Shown here: positions 58,557 through 64,000 of the stretch, piece by piece | Numbering within the stretch: the first letter of the stretch is position 1 | How the letters are laid out: every line of letters starts with the position of its first letter | Origin: a bacterium | GTDB taxonomy: Bacteria > Margulisbacteria > Marinamargulisbacteria > JABGVJ01 | Direction: 5' to 3' | Assembly: GCA_018646105.1 (NCBI GenBank) | Contig: JABGVJ010000099.1 | Coordinates: 5,387-69,386, forward strand | DNA: 64,000 nt | Position numbers and translations under genes: made by a program | Notes under the pieces: model-generated | Seen by the model: the letters and a program-made list of their open reading frames with translations, nothing else | What the model was told of the DNA's origin: nothing | Databases searched by the model: none

Positions 58557-59652
58557 TATTCCGGCACCTTATCGGGAAAAGGTCCATGAAAATGTGTCAA
58601 AATATTTTTGGGATGAATATTTGGTGGTTTATGCAGATAAGAAAGAATCAAATAGAGAATGGCAGTTTGATGATGGTAATTATAAAAAAATATTTTTAAA
58701 AAAGTTTTTATTTGAATATAAAGAGAAATTTATTCATATAAATTTTGATGTTTGGACTATATTAAATAAATATAATCCTCAAGTAGTCATAACCTGTGGT
58801 TTTAATCCTACTTTTTTAATGGCTTTTTTATGGGCTAAATTGAAACATAAAAAACATATCTGTATGACTGATGGCGGGGTTGGCTCAGAGAAGAGATTAA
58901 GTTTTTTGCATAGATTAGTAAGAAAAGTAGTTTATAAGTATTCAGATGCCTTTATAGGGGCGAGTGATAAAAGTTTAGATTTGTATAGATGTTATAGGTG
59001 TGATGAAAACAAATTATTTAAAAGTTGTTTGTGTATTGATAATGATTACTACGCTAAATTTATAAAGAAAATGGAAGATAGAAAATATGATATTATGTTT
59101 TCCGGTCGTTTTGTTGATGGTAAAATGCCCATGTTTTTTGCGGAAATTTGTGATGAATTAAATAAGAAAATAATAGATTTGAAAGTGTTAATTATTGGAG
59201 ATGGAGAATTAAAGTCTGTTTTTCTAGATAAATTACAAGAATATAAAATAAATTTTGATTATCCTGGATTTATAGATCAAAAAAAATTACCGTTATATTA
59301 TGCTGACAGCAAAATTTTGTTGTTTCCTACGAAGACGGATACTTGGGGTATAGTGGCTAATGAAGCTTGCGCTGTAGGGACCCCGGTAATTACGATGGAA
59401 TCCGCGGGAGTATCTGGAGAATTAGTAAAACATGATTATAATGGATATATTCTTGATTTGAATATTGAAACTTGGGCTAAATATAGTGAGTCACTCTTAA
59501 AAGACAATAAACTTCATAGTATTTTTTCTAAGAATAGTTTGGAAGAAGTAAAAAATTATAGTTATAGAAGGGCGGCTAAAGGAATTATAGATGCGATTAA
59601 TTATGTTAAAATTAAAAATAAAAAGAGGAGTAAAAAACGATGGATAAATTAG
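58534..59652 (+). CDS. GT4-family glycosyltransferase
   Basis: EACAVGTPVITMESAGVSGELV GT-B motif; 372 aa. Confidence 0.7.
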   Translation: MKYVMVTNIPAPYREKVHENVSKYFWDEYLVVYADKKESNREWQFDDGNYKKIFLKKFLFEYKEKFIHINFDVWTILNKYNPQVVITCGFNPTFLMAFLWAKLKHKKHICMTDGGVGSEKRLSFLHRLVRKVVYKYSDAFIGASDKSLDLYRCYRCDENKLFKSCLCIDNDYYAKFIKKMEDRKYDIMFSGRFVDGKMPMFFAEICDELNKKIIDLKVLIIGDGELKSVFLDKLQEYKINFDYPGFIDQKKLPLYYADSKILLFPTKTDTWGIVANEACAVGTPVITMESAGVSGELVKHDYNGYILDLNIETWAKYSESLLKDNKLHSIFSKNSLEEVKNYSYRRAAKGIIDAINYVKIKNKKRSKKRWIN

Positions 59653-60332
59653 GTATGACTTTTGAGCAATTTTTAGCAAATACGAGTCCAAATATAGCTT
59701 TAGGGAGTTTTGTATTTGATCTGTTATTAACGTTTTTATTAACTTTGCTATTAGGATATGTATATATAAAGTTTGGGCATGCGTTATCTAATCGTAAATC
59801 GTTTGCTAGAAATTTTGTTTTGATTACTATGACCACGATGTTGATTATTACAGTGGTTAAATCATCTTTGGCCTTATCTTTAGGTTTAGTGGGAGCTTTG
59901 TCTATTGTGAGGTTTAGGACAGCTTTAAAAGAGCCAGAAGAGTTAGCGTATACCTTTTTTGCGATAGCCCTAGGTTTGGGATTTGGTGCGAATCAAAGAG
60001 TGCTTACCATTGTTGCTTTTATAATCATTGTGGGTTTGGTTATAGCTAGAAGTTATTTTTCAAAACAAGGTGGAGCTCATCATAATTTGCATTTAACTAT
60101 TTCTAGTCATAAGCCGGAAAAGGTTAAGTTGACAGAAATAGTAGAGGTTTTGAAAGAGCATAGTGAAGCCGTAGATATGAAACGTTTAACAGAAGGTGAA
60201 GGTACATTAGATGTTTCTTTGTATGTAGAGTTTAATACTTTTGAACAATTAAATAAGGCTAAAGAAGCATTGCAAAGAATAGATAAATCTATAAACTTGA
60301 ATTTTTTTGATAACGCAGGGATTATGGCGTGA
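59640..60332 (+). CDS. DUF4956-family membrane protein
   Basis: SLGLVGALSIVRFRTALKEPEEL matches the DUF4956 conserved core (VGALSIVRFRT) as recalled; 230 aa. Confidence 0.5.
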   Translation: MDKLGMTFEQFLANTSPNIALGSFVFDLLLTFLLTLLLGYVYIKFGHALSNRKSFARNFVLITMTTMLIITVVKSSLALSLGLVGALSIVRFRTALKEPEELAYTFFAIALGLGFGANQRVLTIVAFIIIVGLVIARSYFSKQGGAHHNLHLTISSHKPEKVKLTEIVEVLKEHSEAVDMKRLTEGEGTLDVSLYVEFNTFEQLNKAKEALQRIDKSINLNFFDNAGIMA

Positions 60333-62908
60333 AGCTTAAAAGGCATCAGGTAAGATTAAAGATACCTCAAATAATAAATAAATTTTGGCAATCTTTGTTA
60401 AAAAGAAAAGTTTTATTAGGAGTAATAGTTGGTTTAGTAAGCTTGTTGGTTTTTTTGTTTTATAGTTTGTATATGGTTTATGTTGGGATTAATTTACATA
60501 AAACACAAAAAGCTCAGTCCCTAAAGGAAATAGTACATAATGTAGTTGCTAGAAAAATAGAATTTATTCCAAATTATTTTAAAGGGGTAGCAACTTCTAA
60601 ACCAACTCAAATAAGACTGGATATTAAGTTTAAAGATTATCAAAAAATGACATATTACAGAAAAGTTGCGCTTAGCAACTACACAATCCCTCCTTTTATT
60701 AAAGAAGAAGAGTTTTCTGCTGAGTTGATCTCTGATGGGCAGGTTATTCCAGTTAAATTAAAATTAATGGGCTTTAATTTGGATCATATCGGGGATTATG
60801 ATAAATGGTCGTTTAGAGTAAAGGCTAAAAAAAATAATACATTTTTTGGTATGAAGAAATTTTCGTTATTAGTGCCGCAATCACGTGGGTATCTTTCTGA
60901 ATGGATATATCATATGTTGAAAAAAAGAGAGGGTTTAATTTCTTTAAGATATGATTTTGTTGATGTGACAATTAATGGTAAACATAGAGGGTTATATGTA
61001 ATTGAAGAGCATTTTGATAAACGGTTGATAGAAAATAATAATTTAAGAGAAGGTGTATTATTTAAACCAGGGTTAGATAAGGTAGATGTTTATAATAAAA
61101 ATAAGATAAAGCAAAATCCAGTATTAAAAAAACAGTTGAATTTACTTAATAAATTATGGCAAGCTTTTTTAGTTGGTCAGATTCCGGCTAATAAATTGTT
61201 TGATATTGATAAATTAGCAAAATTTTATGCTATTACAGATTCAATTAATGGGCATCATTCTTTGTTAATATCAGATGGATATTGGAATTTAAATACCAAT
61301 TTAAATTTTTATTTTAACCCGATAACAAATTTGATAGAACCTATAGGCAGGGAAGGCAATTTGTTGCGTTATAGCGATAGAAGAGCTTCTTCAGTTTTTA
61401 TTAGTGCAGCTAGTAATTTTAGATTTCATAGGAAAGTATTTAATGATAGTGGTTTTGTTAATAAGTATATTCAAGCATTAGATAAGATTTCTAAAACGGA
61501 ATATTTAGATAATTTTTTTGAAAATATTGATAAAGAAATGCAAAAAAAGCTTAATATAATTTATAAATACAATCCCTTTTATGCGTACCCTAAAGAATTT
61601 TTGTATGAAAATCAAAAATATATAAGATCTGAATTATATTCTAAAAAAGTAGAGTTAGCGGTGTATTATCAGCAAAAGAATAAAAAAAGATTGCAGTTAA
61701 GGGTGGAAAATTTGCAAGTTTTACCTATAAAAATTATATCTGCTAAATTTGGAGATTTAATTTTAGAATCAGCGACAGAAATTGTTTTATCAGCAAAAGA
61801 AGCTAAGAAAGTGGGTTTTATAATTCCGTCAGATTTTGTTTGGCCTAAGACTGATGAGAATTTGGAGATAGGATATAAAGTATTAGGGCTAGATGATGTT
61901 AGAACCGCTATAGTTTTTCCTTGGTCGCACAAAAAAATAGAGCCGTTTAACTATAATCCAACTAAACAAGAACCTAATTATAAAAAGTTTAATTTAAAAG
62001 TAAATGAGAAATTAAAAACTATAGAGGTTAAAAAGAAGTTAATTTTAAGTAAAGATTTGGTTATACCGGCTGGCTATACGTTGATAGCTGGGCCAGGCAG
62101 TCGGATAAATTTGATAAATCAAGCTAAGCTTATTTTATATTCGCCACTTAAATTTATAGGATCTAAAAAAGCTCCCATTAAAATTTATTCTTCTGATTCC
62201 AAAGGGCAGGGGATTGTGGTGATGAATGCTAAAGAAGAATCGGTGTTGGAATATGTACAATTTAATAATTTATCTAATCCAGCACAAGCAGGCTGGTCGT
62301 TAACTGGCGCGGTAAATTTTTATGAGTCACCAGTAGTAATTAGTAATTGTTTGTTTAATAAAAATAGGTCTGAAGATGCGTTAAATATTATTCGTTCTAA
62401 ATTTGAAATCAAGGATACCTTGTTTGAGAAAATAAAGTCAGATGCTTTTGATTCGGATTTTTCTAATGGAATAATCAAAAACACATCATTTATTAATTGT
62501 GGGAATGATGCCATAGATGTATCTGGAAGTTTTGTGGAAGTGGAAGATGTGTTGATTGATGGGGTAGGAGATAAAGGAATAAGTGCGGGTGAAGGCAGTC
62601 AAATGATTGTAAAAAATATTGAAATAAAAAATGCGGAAATAGCAGTGGCCAGTAAGGATAGTTCTAGGATAGATTTGCAGGATAGTAAAATAAGTAAGAG
62701 TAAAGTAGGGTTTGCAGTTTTTCAAAAAAAATCTGAATTTGGACCTGGAATTATAGAGGCTTTAAATATAAAATTGAAAAAAGTCAAAGTGCCATATTTA
62801 GTAGAGAAAAAATCAACTTTATTGATTGATGGTAAAAAGAAGAAGTCAAAACAGAAAAAAGTTAAAGAAATTTTATATGGGAATGAATATGGTAAAAGCA
62901 GCAAATAA
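60329..62908 (+). CDS. CotH-kinase-family-like protein with a C-terminal parallel beta-helix repeat region
   Basis: Central region has a CotH-like pattern (LSLRYDFVDVTINGKHRGLYVIEEHF). C-terminal repeats (NAIDVSGSFVEV..DGVGDKGISAGEGS..) look like a right-handed beta-helix. The adjacent DUF4956 supports the call. Confidence 0.4.
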   Translation: MKLKRHQVRLKIPQIINKFWQSLLKRKVLLGVIVGLVSLLVFLFYSLYMVYVGINLHKTQKAQSLKEIVHNVVARKIEFIPNYFKGVATSKPTQIRLDIKFKDYQKMTYYRKVALSNYTIPPFIKEEEFSAELISDGQVIPVKLKLMGFNLDHIGDYDKWSFRVKAKKNNTFFGMKKFSLLVPQSRGYLSEWIYHMLKKREGLISLRYDFVDVTINGKHRGLYVIEEHFDKRLIENNNLREGVLFKPGLDKVDVYNKNKIKQNPVLKKQLNLLNKLWQAFLVGQIPANKLFDIDKLAKFYAITDSINGHHSLLISDGYWNLNTNLNFYFNPITNLIEPIGREGNLLRYSDRRASSVFISAASNFRFHRKVFNDSGFVNKYIQALDKISKTEYLDNFFENIDKEMQKKLNIIYKYNPFYAYPKEFLYENQKYIRSELYSKKVELAVYYQQKNKKRLQLRVENLQVLPIKIISAKFGDLILESATEIVLSAKEAKKVGFIIPSDFVWPKTDENLEIGYKVLGLDDVRTAIVFPWSHKKIEPFNYNPTKQEPNYKKFNLKVNEKLKTIEVKKKLILSKDLVIPAGYTLIAGPGSRINLINQAKLILYSPLKFIGSKKAPIKIYSSDSKGQGIVVMNAKEESVLEYVQFNNLSNPAQAGWSLTGAVNFYESPVVISNCLFNKNRSEDALNIIRSKFEIKDTLFEKIKSDAFDSDFSNGIIKNTSFINCGNDAIDVSGSFVEVEDVLIDGVGDKGISAGEGSQMIVKNIEIKNAEIAVASKDSSRIDLQDSKISKSKVGFAVFQKKSEFGPGIIEALNIKLKKVKVPYLVEKKSTLLIDGKKKKSKQKKVKEILYGNEYGKSSK

Positions 62909-63110
62909 GGACGTGACGCAAAATAGAATTTGGCGTTATGAACGGAAATTTTTTATTTCTGAACATAGTCGGTATGAAATAGAAAGTAATATTAAGTTGC
63001 ATCCAGCGTTTTTTTCTGAAATATATCATCAAAGATATGTGAATAATATTTATTTTGATTCTGTGAATATGGAAGATTATGTTTCTGGTGTTCAGGTTGT
63101 TTATGGCTAA
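62886..63110 (+). pseudogene. Truncated VTC/triphosphate-tunnel (TTM)-like ORF fragment. About 75 aa remain of an expected ~230 aa.
   Basis: RYERKFFI resembles the N-terminal ExExK(Y/F) strand of the TTM/VTC family. The ORF stops at 63110, and the next gene begins in a different frame. Confidence 0.3.
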
Positions 63111-64000
63111 TATTTTACTAATACATAATTATTATAAAATCAGAGGTGGGGAAGATGTTGTATTTGAGCAGGAAGCTGAAGCGTTGGAAAAGCGCGGACA
63201 TAAGGTAATCAAATATACCAGGCATAATGAAGAAATTGATCAATATGGGTTTTGGGAAAAGATAAGTTTTTTTTGGCGGGCGATTAGTAATCAGCGTACA
63301 AAAAGAGAATTGGAAGCACTTTTAGAAAAACATAAAATTGAGATTGCGCATGTTCACAATGTTTTTCCTTTGATTTCACCAATAATTTATAAAATATTGC
63401 ATAAACATAAAATAAAAGTTGTGCAGACGTTGCATAATTATCGTTTTTTGTGTCCTAACGGGCTTTTTTATAGAAATAAACAAATTTGTCAGAGATGTAG
63501 TAAGGGTGATTTTTGGTCTTGTGTTATTCATAAATGCTATAAGGACTCATTTATTTTTTCATTATTATATGCATTTATAATTAAACTTAATCAGAAGAAT
63601 TTTAAAAAGAATATAGATGGCTATATTGCTTTAACTCAATTTGCGAAAAATATATTTATTGATAATGGTTTTAAAGAAAAAAAGGTTTATGTAAAAGATA
63701 ATGGTTTTTTTGATCCGAAAAAGAGTCAAGAAGCATCAGAAGGGTATTTTTTGTATCTGGGTAGAATATCTGAGGAAAAAGGGCTTGATTTTTTATTAGC
63801 TAGTTTTGCTAAAATGCCGGAATACAAGCTAAAAGTGGCTGGCGCAGGATTTGATTTGGCTTGTTATAAAGAGAAATATCAGAATTTTGTAAATATTAAG
63901 TTTATGGGTAGAGTCGAAGGTGAAAAAAAAGATGTGCTGATACAGAAAACAGAAGCGTTGTTGATGCCTTCGGTTTGTTTTGAAAATTATCCTTTAGCGA
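63103..64000 (+). CDS. GT4-family glycosyltransferase, 3'-partial (runs off the window)
   Basis: MANILLIHNYYKIRGGEDVVFEQEAEALEKRGHKV N-terminal GT4 pattern. The frame is open to base 64000. Not in the supplied ORF track because no stop falls inside the window. Confidence 0.6.
   Translation, partial: MANILLIHNYYKIRGGEDVVFEQEAEALEKRGHKVIKYTRHNEEIDQYGFWEKISFFWRAISNQRTKRELEALLEKHKIEIAHVHNVFPLISPIIYKILHKHKIKVVQTLHNYRFLCPNGLFYRNKQICQRCSKGDFWSCVIHKCYKDSFIFSLLYAFIIKLNQKNFKKNIDGYIALTQFAKNIFIDNGFKEKKVYVKDNGFFDPKKSQEASEGYFLYLGRISEEKGLDFLLASFAKMPEYKLKVAGAGFDLACYKEKYQNFVNIKFMGRVEGEKKDVLIQKTEALLMPSVCFENYPLA

Noticed and set aside
1-64000. tRNA/rRNA genes and mobile-element genes (transposase, integrase) flanking the low-GC island
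   Set aside because: No tRNA-like T-arm/anticodon structures or rRNA signatures were recognised by eye, and no transposase- or integrase-like ORF was found. The island boundary coincides with the REP and wecC region instead. A tRNAscan or Infernal run would be needed to be certain.

Overview
The window has two parts. Bases 1-27,000 look like core chromosome of a low-GC anaerobe, roughly 35-40% GC by eye. Its genes include hisS, a CPA2-type cation/proton antiporter, a DUF47 protein, birA, a MATE efflux pump, two tRNA-synthetase genes (archaeal-type proS and serS), PPi-dependent phosphofructokinase (pfp), dxs, desulfoferrodoxin, a membrane H+/Na+-pyrophosphatase (hppA), and purE-purB. It also holds the conserved start of a Wzx/Wzy-type capsule/exopolysaccharide locus: Wza-like exporter, CpsB-type PHP phosphatase, Wzc-like tyrosine kinase, initiating sugar-phosphate transferase, wecB and wecC. 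From about 27,000 to the end the sequence becomes much more AT-rich, with spot windows at 13-30% GC. This part is a long variable polysaccharide-decoration island. Its first unit is a tightly packed minus-strand operon of two different pyruvate-type aldolases, a di-[4Fe-4S] protein, HAD phosphatases and a CMP-sugar synthetase. This operon is a candidate undescribed CMP-ulosonic-acid pathway. Further into the island are a Wzx flippase, two Wzy-like membrane proteins and at least seven glycosyltransferases. There are also three SAM methyltransferase domains, an asparagine-synthase-like amidotransferase, a DegT aminotransferase, several unusual fusion oxidoreductases, a radical-SAM/SPASM-like enzyme, a FemAB-like protein, a heparinase II/III-like protein and a DUF4956-CotH-(truncated VTC) module. 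The most conspicuous non-coding signal is a family of GC-rich palindromic REP-like repeats (core GGCCTCACCCC..CCCCCTCTCCA-loop-TGGAGAGGGGG) at five intergenic sites, including a 300-nt head-to-head composite between purB and serS. Two long poly-G tracts are candidate phase-variation switches: G9 in the hppA/purE promoter region and G10 inside the FemAB-like gene. No rRNA, tRNA, CRISPR array, transposase or integrase was recognised.
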